Part shown: piece after piece, positions 37,104 through 49,400 of the stretch
How positions within the stretch are numbered: the first letter of the stretch is position 1
How the letters are laid out: the number at the start of each line of letters is the position of its first letter
DNA from: Malacoraja senta
Lineage: Eukaryota
Assembly: GCA_038087875.1 (NCBI GenBank)
Contig: CM075992.1
Span: 12,340,001 to 12,404,000 of the forward strand
Direction of reading: 5' to 3'
DNA length: 64,000 bases
The notes under the pieces: model-generated
Databases searched by the model: none
Seen by the model: the letters and a program-made list of their open reading frames with translations, nothing else
What the model was told of the DNA's origin: nothing
Position numbers and translations under genes: made by a program

Positions 37104-37718
37104 CAGCTCTGTCTCATGGTGTTGCGGTCATCGGCGGTGAAGCGCGGCGTCGCCGGTAGAGGGGACCGCACGGCAACGGTGAGAGCGCCGAGCCTATGCC
37201 ACGGGAGCGCCGCACGGGTGCTGCGCGGGGGCCGAGTGATTTAAGTACGGCTGGTCCCACAGGCTTGCGGTAAGTTAAAAAAAAAGGGCGGGCCGACTGC
37301 GATGACGTCATTTTGGATCTGCGGGGCTGTGGCGGCGGCCGTGCTGATCGCGGCGCTGTGGCGGCGGCCGTGCCGCACACGTGTCTCACTGGCGGAGGCT
37401 GTGGCGGCGGCTGTGGCGGCGGTCGTGCCTCACTGGCGGAGGCTGTGGCGGTGCAAGTTCGACGCACGGCGCTCGTGCCACACTGGCGGTGGCTGTGGCG
37501 GCGGTCGTGCCGCACTCGTGCCTCACTGGCAGAGGCTGTGCGGTAGGAAACGTTTTTTAAACAGTGTTGGTTTTATTTTAGCACCGTGCGGTGTTGGGAA
37601 CAACGCCGCACGGCCCCGGAATTGTGCGTTTGACCGAGTGCGCGGTCTATGGCGGCCTAGGAGCGGTAGATTCTTCCTGTTTCGCCGCCAATGACCGCAG
37701 ACTCGCGAGACAGGCCTT
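37104..37718. mobile_element. Harbinger-like MITE (615 bp, GC-rich internal repeats)
   Basis: TAA on both flanks; imperfect TIR (CTGTCTC..TGCGGTCATYGGCGGYGAA); removal restores L1 ..AVTKCYSSLL. Copy 2 at 50956-51558 is 12 bp shorter. Confidence 0.7.
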
Positions 37719-39606
37719 TAACACTTTGTAACCGCAATTCCTAGATAGGTAAATGTATCTGTTGTTACTCTGAAAGGAAAATTCTCCAATGTATCTGAGG
37801 GGATGGTATGAACTGGGAACAGTATACTTTTATTCCAGTTAATACTGTAGCCTGAAAATGTACCAAACAGATTAATTTTTTCCAGTATCGCTGGAATAGT
37901 GGTTTGAGATTCCTTTGTGTACAGGAGGATATAATCCGCGTACAAAGATATTTTATTTGTAGTCTCTTTCGTGTCGTAACCATGAATACGTGGATCTAAT
38001 TGAATACTCTGAGCAAAAGGTTCTATAGCAAGGGCAAATATTAATGCTGATAGGGGGCAACCCTGTCTTGTTCCCCTGAACAAATTAAAGGGAGATGAGA
38101 GCGTTTGGTTTGTGAGGGTTCGTGCTGTCGGATTTTTATACAGAAGCTTAATCCATTCCAAAAAATTGTATCCAAAGTTAAATCTCTTGAGGAGCTCGAA
38201 TAAGTATGGCCATTCAATCTGGTCAAATGCTTTTTCCGCGTCAAACGTTAGTCTAGCCAAGTCGTTGTTTCCTTCTCTTTTTGTGTACATGATATTAAAC
38301 AGACTTCTCAAGTTAACGGTGGATTGTCTATTAGGTATGAACACCGTTTGATCTTTGTGTATTAATTTACTTATTAATGGGCTTAATCTATTGGCTATGA
38401 TTTTAGCAAATAGCTTGCCATCTATATTTAGCAGTGAGATCGGATGGTATGAACTTACTTCTTGGGTATCTTTTCCTTTCTTATGAATCACTCTAATTGT
38501 TGCTTCAGTTAGTGTTGGTGGTAGGGCTCCGTCTGATTGTGCTTGTCTATACATTCTATATATATACAGTGTCAGAGTATCATTACATTTCCTGTATAAT
38601 TCACTTGGAAGTCCATCTGGACCTGGTGCTTTAACAGTTTTAAGAGATGAGATGGCTTCTTGAATCTCTATAACACGGAGATCAAAATTAAGACCATTGC
38701 ATTCTTCTTCACTTAATTTAGGGAGATTGCATCTATTAAGAAAGTCATTCATGACAGGGGAGTTTGCGGTGCATCTGGGCGTATATAGGCTGGAATAAAA
38801 CTCAAACAATCTATCATTTATTTGTTTGGATTTTGTTAGCGCTGTTCCATTGTTACTCTTCATTTTATGTATTGTTCGGTCAGTCTCCATTTTTCTTAGC
38901 TGTCGTGCCAATAATTTGTGCAGTCTGTCTCCGAATTCGAAGTATTTTCGTTTGGTGCATAAAAACGCTTTGCTTATTTTTGCAGAGAGTAATTGATTAT
39001 ATGATATCTCAAATTTGCAATTTTCCTGTGTAAATCAGAGGAGGGATCGAGTGCGTTATCCCTGTCCAATTGTTGGATCTGTTTTTCTAATTCTTCTATT
39101 TTTATTTTACCCCGTTCCCAAAGCCCCCACTCACTGAAACCCCGTTCCAGAGCTCCATGCCATTTGCCGGGACCTCCTTTCCCAGGGCTCCCTCCCTCCC
39201 AGTTGCTGGGACCACAGATCTCATGCTCCATATCATATTCCAGGCCGCAGTTTCCTGTTCGCTCCCACTCTTTGTGTAACAATACGGATTTCCGGTGCTA
39301 TCTGTGTGGAGTTTGCATGTTCTCTCCATGACTGTGTGGGTTTCCCCGGGTGCTCCAGTTTCTCCCACTTCACAGAAACTTGCTGGGACGTTAATCAGCA
39401 GCTGTAAAATGCCGCATTGTGGGTTAATGGCAGTTGATGTGACGGTGTCAATAGACAATAGACAATAGGTGCAGGAGTAGGCCATTCGACCCTTCAAGCT
39501 AGCAGCGCCATTCACTGTGATCATGGCTGATCATCCACAATCAGTACCCCATTCCTGCCTCCTCCCCCTATCCCTTGACTCCGCTATCTTCCACAGCTCT
39601 ATCTAA

Positions 39607-39879
39607 AAGCCCTGTCCCACAGTGCGAGTTGATTCCAAGAGTTCTCCCGAGTTTGCCCTGATATAAACTTGGAGATTTACGGTATTGGCCACTCATCGGT
39701 ACTCGGGGCTCCCGTGGACATTTTTCAACGAGTACCTGCTGTTAGCGGTACAAGCCGATAAGTGACGTCCCCGAGCTCCGAGGTGCCCGCTACGTTCATT
39801 CTCCGTGCTTACCATGAGTTTGATTTTTTTTTAAACTCGGGAGAGCACTTGAATGAACTCGCACCGTGGGACAGGGCTT
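39607..39879. mobile_element. Harbinger-like MITE (273 bp)
   Basis: TIR AAGCCCTGTCCCACRGTGCGAGTT (1 mismatch), TAA/TTA flanks; empty site in the paralog near 29850. Copy 2 at 53448-53720. Confidence 0.78.
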
Positions 39880-41089
39880 TTACTCTCTCTTGAAAGCATC
39901 CAGATAATTGGCCTCCATTGCCTTCTGAGGCAGAGAATTCCACAGATTCACAACTCTCTGGGTGAAAAAGTTTTTTCTCATCTCCATTCTAAACGGCCTA
40001 CCCCTTATTCTTAAAATGTGGCCCCTGGTTCTAGACTCCCCCAACATCGGGAACATGTTTCCTGCCCCTAGCGTGTCCAATCCCTTAATAATCTAAAATG
40101 TTTAATTAAGATAACCTCTCATCCTTCACAATTACAGTATGTATAAGCCCAGTCGCTCCATTCTTTCAACATATGACAGTTCCGCCATCCCGGGAATTAA
40201 CCTCATGAACCTACGCTGCACTCCCTCAATAGCAAGAATGTCCTTCCTCAAATTTCGAGCAGCAAAACTGCTCACTAGGGCCCTGTACAACTGTAGAAGA
40301 ACATCTTTGCTCCTATACTCAACTCCTCTTGTTATTAAGGCCAACATGCCATTCACTTTCTTCACTGCCTGCTGTACATGCATTCTTACTTTCAGTGACT
40401 AATGAACAAGTGTGAATATGCAAGTTTGAGTACTTGTGAAAATGGCAGATGTCTGTGAAACTGTGGAACTGTCAAACTGAGGGTGGCATCACTTGCAGGG
40501 AGCTGGAGACCCATGTCACATAGATGGCTCCAGGGAGTCTGAAGCCTGGGAAGGGGCTGCAGAAAGTATCTGCCCTTGTGACCTACATGGTGCCACAATG
40601 TCTGGGATTCTGCAGGTGCAGCAAAGCCTTGATGCTAAAGGCAAGCTTGTGGTTGGTTGGGGAGATGTTATGTCTCAACTATGTATTGGTACCTTAACTT
40701 GTGATTGGTCCAGAAGAGTGGCATCACCAAAGATGTTTCTTTATCTAATGGTAATGTTTCTTTCCTTAATGGAAATGTTTCTCCCTAAGTGCTATATGTT
40801 GAAACTATGTTATGTACTGTTATATGATTGGGCCAAAGAGTTGTCATTCTATGTATTTTGCAGCCAGTATCAGTAATTGGTTTGTAGGTGCTGAGGACCA
40901 GTATTTAGCGGGTAGGAGGATTCCAGGCCTAGGGGGGTTTGAGGCCCCGTCTGTGCGGGTTCGAGTACCAAACAGTACTGGGTATTATCAGTGCTAATGT
41001 AAAATTGGCTGGAATACTTTAAAAATTAGCACTGAATTGTTAGGACGCATCTGTGATAATTCTAGGACTGTGATCCTAATTTTTTTATG

Positions 41090-43000
41090 TAACTTTTGCG
41101 AATTCGAGGTATTCATATTCAGTGCTTTTGGTTATTCTTATACTTTAGTTGTTTGTTTCTGATCGTGTAATATAGAGACTTGCTTAAAATTGTGTAATTT
41201 ACTCTGCTACCGTAATTGTAATTTAAATTGTATGCTTATACTTTATATTCTGGTTTGCTTTTGCATTATAATTGTTAGTTGCATAATTTATTGATTAAGC
41301 GGTAATTGGCTCCACGGAAGGGGAATGTGTTTGCCTTCTGTCAAATTGAGCATTATCCTCGGAATGAGAACAATGTCATCGTTGAAGGCATCGTTGAATT
41401 TTTGTGTCGCTTTTCCACAATCATCATCATTCCATTGCATTGCTTTGGCGGTTCCAAGTTTCTCATTAACATGATCGGAGATCCTTTTTTCAACTCCAAT
41501 TTGTGTGGTGGTAATCCAGAGATCTCGAGTGAATCAAGGAATTCTGTTGGGAAATGAGTAGCATTAGTTCCCTCAGTGCCAGGGAAGTGTTTGATACATG
41601 TAGAATTGATGATTCTCATCGTATCGTTGTGCGGAACCAAGATACAATTGTCGGAGAATATTTCTGCGGGATTGTCAAACGTGGGATAGATGAAATCAAT
41701 ACAATCCTCCAGTGTTGTAGCTGATAGAACCATGTCTTGTGGCATTTCAATTTCTTCATCATTATTCTTTAAAATGTCGTCTTCTCCAACTTTCAACAAA
41801 AATTGAGAATATTCGTCTTCTCCCTCTCTCAATCGCATATTTGACTCCAATTGAAACTTGGTGAAAAGTCCCCACAAGTAGGATTTCTTGATACAGGAAT
41901 TTTCAATATCAGCATGATTTCCCCTTTTCACTACAAGAAAGAGATGTCCAAAATCGCCAAAACAAATGGTAAGAATGCCACCAACAGGTTTAGTGTTGGT
42001 GTATACATCTCGAAGAGATCTGTCCACCGCTTCAAAGCTCTCCCTGCTAATCATCAGGCACTCATCCCATGAGTTTCACTTGCCTCTTGAAACGTGATGT
42101 GTTAGAGTTCTTGTCAATTTTGCAGAATGTGTTTTTGGTCACTTGGATGGGTATCTTGAATCGAGAATGTGCAGTTCTTCCACCAGGCATTAATGTAGCT
42201 GCTATCCCAGAGGATGCGACAGCTATAGCAACATCACCTTGACCTCTAACTTTGGAGAGGATCAAATTGGTGATAAAGGTCTTCCCTGTTCCTCCTGGTG
42301 AATCAGTGAAAAACATTGAAGGAAGATTCCTTTTCAACAGTCGCACACCTGGTCATACACTGCTCTCTGCTCAGCATTCACTCGGAGACACGGTTTACAC
42401 TTGTCCCAGAACGTTGGCTTCAAAAATAACTGGATGATCTTCCACTCTGGCCAACCTTCCTTCTTTGCCATCTCCTATTGTTCCATGTGTAAAATCGGGA
42501 ACATCAGCGGAGTAGAGTGTTCATGCAATTGGCTCTCGAGAACACAATACCATGACTTCAGTTCTCGCCATATCTTCATTCCTCACTCGCTGAGTAGCAT
42601 TGACTATGATAACGACTAGTTGTTCTTGTGGTAGATGTACCTTGAGTCGAAAGACAGCGGGTTGTCTCTCATGAGTCGGAAATCTAAGGGTTGATGCTTC
42701 TGATGGACCAATGTATTTACTGCATTTTCCATCCTTCCAACATGAAGAGGTGTGGTTGCAGAACGGTCTATGAATCATCTGCTTGAGTACCAATACATGC
42801 AGCTCAGGATCTACTTGTGGGTCTGGTATTTCAGCTTGCACAAATCTGTCAAAATGTTTTGGTCCTGGCTTACTCGCTTTGTCAAGCCACAGCAGAGTGC
42901 AAATGAGGCAGAGCTATCTTCTGATATTCCATAGTGGAGACAAACGCTATACAGTTGCCAAAGAGGCCATGTGGTCCAGTGAGGTACTTAATGAATAGAA
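41090..43000 (-). pseudogene. Helitron Rep/PIF1-helicase remnants (copy 1, cut by the gap)
   Basis: AEIPDP..MIH, PGGTGKT, ASSGIAATL..GRTAHSRFKIP, GDF, GLPPHKLELKKGSPIMLMRNL. Confidence 0.9.
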
Positions 43001-43248
43001 TAGTGGCGGCACTGCCCTAGCAGCTGCGGCTCGCCTGCAGTCCGTCTGTCTTTTTCTTTTTGTTGTTGTTTTCTTTTGTCCTGTTTTAGTTAATTTTAGT
43101 TTGTTAGGTTGTGTATGTGTGGGGGGGGGGTTGGGAGAAACATGTTTTTGGTTTCTTCCTTCGGGGGGATGCGACCTTTTCTTGTCGTATCCCCCATCTC
43201 CGTCTCCGTCTGTGCTGAGGCCTAATGGCGGAGCTGGCGGCCTCCAAC

Positions 43249-43448
43249 NNNNNNNNNNNNNNNNNNNNNNNNNNNNNNNNNNNNNNNNNNNNNNNNNNNN
43301 NNNNNNNNNNNNNNNNNNNNNNNNNNNNNNNNNNNNNNNNNNNNNNNNNNNNNNNNNNNNNNNNNNNNNNNNNNNNNNNNNNNNNNNNNNNNNNNNNNNN
43401 NNNNNNNNNNNNNNNNNNNNNNNNNNNNNNNNNNNNNNNNNNNNNNNN
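43249..43448. other. Assembly gap (200 N)
   Basis: Run of N between the two duplicate copies. Confidence 1.
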
Positions 43449-46400
43449 AGACCCCCATTCCAGAGCTCCATGTCATTTGCCGGGACCTCCTTTCCCAGAG
43501 CTCCTTCGCTCCCAGTTGTTGGAACCCCGGATCTCATGTTCCATTTCATATTTCGGGCCATAAACTCCTGCTTGCTCCCACTTTCCCGGCGCCGGTGTAA
43601 CAATACTGATTTCCGGTGCTATCTGTGTGGAGTTTGCATGTTCTCCCCGTGACTGTGTGGGTTTCCCCGGGTGTTCCAGTTTCTCCCACATTGCTGAAAC
43701 TTGCTGGGACGTTAATCAGCTGCTGTAAAATGCCCCAGTGTGGGTTAATTGGCAGTTGATGGGATTGTGTCAATAGTCAATAGACAATTGGTGCAGGAAT
43801 AGTCCATTCGGCCCTTCGAGCCAGTATTGCCATTCACTGTGATCATGGCTGATCATCCACAATCAGTACCACATTCCTGCCTCTTCCCCATATCCCTTGA
43901 CTCTGCTATCTTCCATAGCTCTATCTAACTCTCTCTTGAAAGCATCCAGAGAATTGGCCTCCACTGTCTTCTGAGGCAGAGAATTCCACAGATTCACAAC
44001 TCTCTAGGTGAAAATGTTTTTCCTCATCTCCGTTCTAAATAGCCTAACCCTTATTCTTAAACTGTGGCCCCTGGTTCTGGACTCCCCCAACATCGGAAAC
44101 ATGTTTCCTGCCCTAGCATGTCCAATCCCTTAATAACCTATATGTTTCATTAAGATGCCCTCTCATCCTTCAAAATTACAGTGTATACAAGCCCAGCCGT
44201 TCCATTCTTTCAACATATGACAGTCCCGCCATCCCGGGAATTAACCTCATGAACCTACACTGCACTCCCTCAATAGCAAGAATGTCCTTCCTCAAATTCT
44301 AGCTATTGAGGAACTGCAGCGTATGTTCACGAGGTTAATTCCCGGGATGGCGGGACTGTCATATTTTGAAGGAATGGACTGGGCTTGTATACACTTTAAT
44401 TTAGAAGGATGATACAAATATAGGGTGCAAAAGTACTTAAAAAAAAATTGAGGTCAGGTAAGGGGGGATGCTTGTTGAAGAGTTGGTATGTCCCATTTAC
44501 GTAATGCTCATAAAAATATTTGTTTCTCTCTTTTTCCTCTTCCTCTTTCTCTTTCTTTTCTAGGGTCTATTTCTTAACTCTTTTTCTTTTGTTTTTAATT
44601 TTGCTCTTATAGGGTCTTCGTCCTTTTTTGTTGTCACATTTTCTACACTTTCACGTTTTCCTTCACTTTCTTCTTTCTTTCAATCTTTTCTTTTTCTAGT
44701 GTAAAAAATAAATGGAGTACATTAATTGTAAGAAGACATAAGTGACGAGTACTAATGTATGTGGTTGTAATGTAATGTACTTCAAATAAATAAAAATAAA
44801 AAAATAATACAATTTAAAAAATAAATTAAAAAAAATTTAGAAGGATGAGAGGGTATCTTATTGAAACATATAAAATTATTAAGGGACTGGAGACGCTAGA
44901 GGCAGGAAACATATTCCCGATGTTAGGGGAGTCCAGAACCAGGGGCCACAGTTTAAGAATAAGGGGTAGGCCATTGAGAACGGAGATGAGGAAAAGCTTT
45001 TTCACCCAGAGAGTTGTCAGTCTGTAGAATTTTCTGCCTCAGAAGGCAGCGGAGGCCAATTCTCTGGATGCTTTCAAGAGAGAGTTCGATAGAGCTCTTC
45101 AAGATAGCGGAGTCAAGAGATATGGGGAGAAGTGTTTAAGAAGGAACTGCAGATGCAGCAGCATCCATGGAGCGAAGGAAATAGGCAACGTTTCGGGCTG
45201 AAACCCTTCTTCAGGGGGAGATAACCTTAATAACCTATATGTTTCATTAAGATCCCCTCTCATCCTTAAAATTACTGTGTATACGAGCCCAGACGTTCCA
45301 TTCTTTCAACATATGACAGTCCCGCCATACCGGGAATTAACCTCATGAACCTACGCTGCACTCCCTCAATAGCAAGAAAGTCCTTCCTCAAATTTCGAGC
45401 ACCAAAACTGCTCACTAGGGCCCTGTACAACTGTAGAAGAACATCTTTGCTCCTATACTCAACTCATCTTGTTATGAAGGCCAACATGTCATTTGCTTTC
45501 TTCACTGCCTGCTGTACCTGCATGCTTACTTTCAGTGACTGATGAACAAGTGTGAATATGCATGGGTTTGGGTACTTGGGAAAATGGCAGATGTCTGTGA
45601 AACCTGCTTCACTGAGGCTGACATCACTTGCAGGGAGCTGGAGACCTATGTGACATAGATGGCTCCAGGGAGTCTGAAGCCTGGGTAGGGGCTGCAGAAA
45701 GTATCTGCCCTTGTGACCTACATGTTGCCACAATGTCTGGGATTCTGCAGGTGCAGCAAAGCCCTGATGCTAAAGGCAAGCTTGTGGTTGGTTGGGGAGA
45801 TGTTATGTCTCAACTATGTATTGGTACCTTCCCGCCGGTACTTGTGATTGGTCCAGAAGAGTGGCATCACCAAAGATGTTTCTTTATCTAATGGTAATGT
45901 TTCTTTACTTAATGGGAATGTTTTTCCCTGTGCTATGTGTTGAAACTATGTTATGCATTGTTATAGGATTGGGCCAAAGAGTTGTCGTTCTATGTATTTT
46001 GCAGCCGGTATCAGTAATTGGTTTGTAGGTGCTGAGGACCAGTATTTAGCGGGTAGGAGGGTTCGAGGCCTCAGGGGGGGGGGGGTTTCAGGCCCCACCT
46101 GTGCGTGTTCGAGTACCATACAGTACTGGGTATTATCAGTGCTAAGGTAAAATTGGCTGGAATACTTTAAAAATTAGCACTGAATTTTAGGACGCGTCTG
46201 TGATAATTCTAGGACTGTGATCCTAATTTTTTTTTCATTTTTGAAGCATCAGAAAATGGGTACAGATTATGTTACCATATCCAAGCTCATTTTTTCCAAA
46301 TGTACATATCAAAACAGAACATTTGAGTATTATACAAACAATATGAACGGGCATGTTTATAAAAACATTAAAAAATATATTTTAATAAACAAACAAATGA

Positions 46401-49400
46401 GGGGGGGAAAAAGTAAATAATAAAAATAACTAAATACATAATTAAAGTGCAGGTGACTACAGTACATAGGGAGCAGTTCAGTGCAATAATTCTTTGTGAA
46501 GACTCTTGTTTCTACAGCTTCTAACTCTCCTGTCTTCTATCTCTTACATAATTTCATTAAAATGAATGGTTTAGAGTGTAGATAGGTTTGTGTTATGTGT
46601 CAATATTCAGCTGTGCAAGAAATGACATAAATGGTTGCCAGATTTTATTAAATTGGTTGACTCTATCCTTTAGAACATATCTTATTCTTTCTAAATGTAA
46701 TGTACTGGTCAAGTCATGAAGCCACATTCTGGAATTGGGAGCTGTTGTTGTTTTCCATGACATGAGCAGTGGTTTCTTTGCCGTAATGAGACAGTAGGAG
46801 TGGAATTGTCATTGAGCAGTTGTGAGTTGTCTTGATGTTTCAGATACCCCCAAGATGATTAATACGGGTTCTGGGTTTAATGGAATGTTAAGAATGTCTG
46901 AGATATTCTTAACTATATCAGACCAGAAAGAGGTGAGTTTAGGGCACGATACAAAGTTATGAAAAAGAGTAGCATCTGAGGAGTGACATTTATCACAAGT
47001 AGGAGAAACATTTGGATATATACTGTGTATTTTTGCCTTGGAGTAGTGAAGTCTATGTATAATTTTGAACTATATGAGGCAGTGTCTAGCATTGGTTGAG
47101 CACCTATGTATAAGTTTGAGGCTTTCCTCCCATATTTCATCTGGTATTTGCACATTTATGTATTTTCACCGATTGATCTTATACTTGCTAGAGGATGGAG
47201 AAGATATTAATAGGACATCATACATATAGGAGATAAATTTGTCATCATATGGTGATGTTTTAAGGGAGTCATCTATTTGAGACTGCCTCTCAACTTCAAA
47301 TCCTGACAGATGCTTTCGTATATAATCCCTGATTTGCAAGTATCTGAAGAAGTTACTATTTGGGAGATCAAATTTCTTTCGTAGCTGTGTGTAAAGGTGG
47401 CAAACGTACCATCGATATATAGGTCTCGGACACTGTGGATTCCTAATTCACTCCATGTAGAGGAAGTCTTATCTAAAATAGATGGTTTGAATGTGGGGTT
47501 GTTTGCTACGGACAAAGCGAGAGATATACTGTAGGTTTAAATCAAGGCAAGGCAAGGCAAGTTTATTTGTATAGCACCTTTCAACCACAAGGTAATTCAA
47601 AGTGCTTTACATAAAACATTTAAAGCATTTGAAAGAAACACATATAAAATGACATTTAGATATAAAATGATTATTAGATTATTCTGATAATAATTACAAA
47701 ATTAAAAGCAATCAAATAAAATATTTAAAATAGAATAAAACCAGGAATAGAAGTTACAGTGCAGTATAGATAATTAATAAATTGTATTGTTTACTGAAAG
47801 GCAGCGGCAAACAGAAAAGTCTTCAGTCTAGATTTCAAAGAGCTGAGAGTTGCAGCAGACCTGCAGTTTTCTGGGAGTTTGTTCCAGATATGTGGTGCAT
47901 AAAAATTAAATGCTGCCTCTCCATGTTTAGTTCTGACTCTGGGGACACAGAGCAGACCTGTCCCAGACGATCTGAGAGGTCTGGGTGGTTCATAGCTAAG
48001 CAGAAGATCAGAAATGTATTTTGGCCCTAAACCATTCAGTGCTTTGTAAACCAACAGTAGTATTTTGAAATCAATTCTTTGACAGACAGGAAGCCAGTGT
48101 AAAGACCTCAGAACTGGAGTAATGTGATCTACTTTTTTGGTCTGAGTGAGGACTCGAGCAACAGCGTTCTGAATTAACTGCAGCTGTCTGATCGACTTTT
48201 TAGGGAGACCTGTAAAGACACTGTTACAGTAGTCGAGCCTGCTGAAGATAAATGCATGGACAAGTTTTTCCAAATGCTGCGGAGACATACAGTGGCTTGC
48301 CAAAGTTTTCATACCCCTTGAACGTTTCCACATTTTGTCATGTTACAACCACAAACGTAAATGTATTTTATTGGGATTTTATGTGATAGACCAACACAAA
48401 GTGGTGCATAATTGTGAAGTGGAAGGAAAATGATACATGGTTTTCAAATTTTTTTACAAATAAAAAACTGAAAAGTGTCACGTGCAAAAGTATTCAGCCC
48501 CCCTGAGTCAATACTTTGTAGAACCACCTTTCGCTGCACTTACAGCTGCAAGTCTTTTGGGGTATGTCTCTACCAGCTTTGCACATCTAGAGACTGAAAT
48601 TGTTGCCCATTCTTCTTTGCAAAATAGCTCAAGCTCAGTCAGATTGGATGGAGAGCGTCTGTGAACAGCAATTTTCAAGTCTTGCCAGAGATTCTCAATT
48701 GGATTTAGGTCTGGACTTTGACTGGGCCATTCTAACACATGAATATTCTTTGATCTAAACCATTCCATTGTAGCTCTGGCTGTATGTTTAGGGTCGTTGT
48801 CCTGCTGGAAGGTGAACCTCCGCCCCAGTCTCAAGTCTTTTGCAGACTCTAACAGGTTTTCTTCCAAGATTGCCCTGTATTTGTCTCCATCCATCTTCCC
48901 ATCAACTCTGACCAGCTTCCCTGTCCCTGCTGAAGAAAAGCATCCCCACAGCATGATGCTGCCACCACCATGTTTCACAGTGGGGATGGTGTGTTCAGGG
49001 CGATGTGCAGTGTTAGGTTTCCGCCACACATAGCGTTTTGCATTTAGGCCCAAAACTTCAATTTTGGTCTCATCTGACCAGAGCACCTTCCTCCACATGT
49101 TTGCTGTGTCCCCAACATGGTTTGTGGCAAACTGCAAATGGGACTTCTTATGGCTTTTTTTCAACAATGGCTTTCTTCTTGCCACTCTTCCATAAAGGCC
49201 CGATTTGTGGAGTGCACGACTAATAGTTGTCCCGTGGACAGATTCTCCCACCTGAGCTGTGGATCTCTGCAGCTCCTCCAGAGTTACCATGGCCCTCTTG
49301 ACTGCTTCTCTGATCAATGCTCTCCTTGCCCAGCCTGTCAGTTTAGGTGGACGGCCATGTCTTGGTAGGTTTGCAGTTGTACCATACTCTTTCCATTTTC

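Larger units (their letters stand above)
32374..39109 (-). mobile_element. 5'-truncated L1-clade LINE, degenerate, interrupted by L2, Tc1 and a MITE
   Basis: KAPGPDGL, PISLLNID, DAEKAFD, GTRQGCPLS, YADY, YLG (ORF 37718-38911); continues WKTLPISLLGR, NNPTFKPS, HRCSTNARH; poly-T at the left end. Copy 2 at ~46226-52950. Confidence 0.88.
29377..43248. repeat. Copy 1 of a ~13.9-kb near-identical tandem duplicate
   Basis: Collinear with 43449-57091; offset 14072, then 13852, then 13840-13843; ends exactly at the N gap. Confidence 0.97.

Noticed and set aside
41353..42346. PIF1 helicase as a host gene
   Set aside because: Intronless, frameshifted and collinear with Helitron Rep motifs.
42947..43652. 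ORFs crossing the N run
   Set aside because: Artefacts of translating through the gap.
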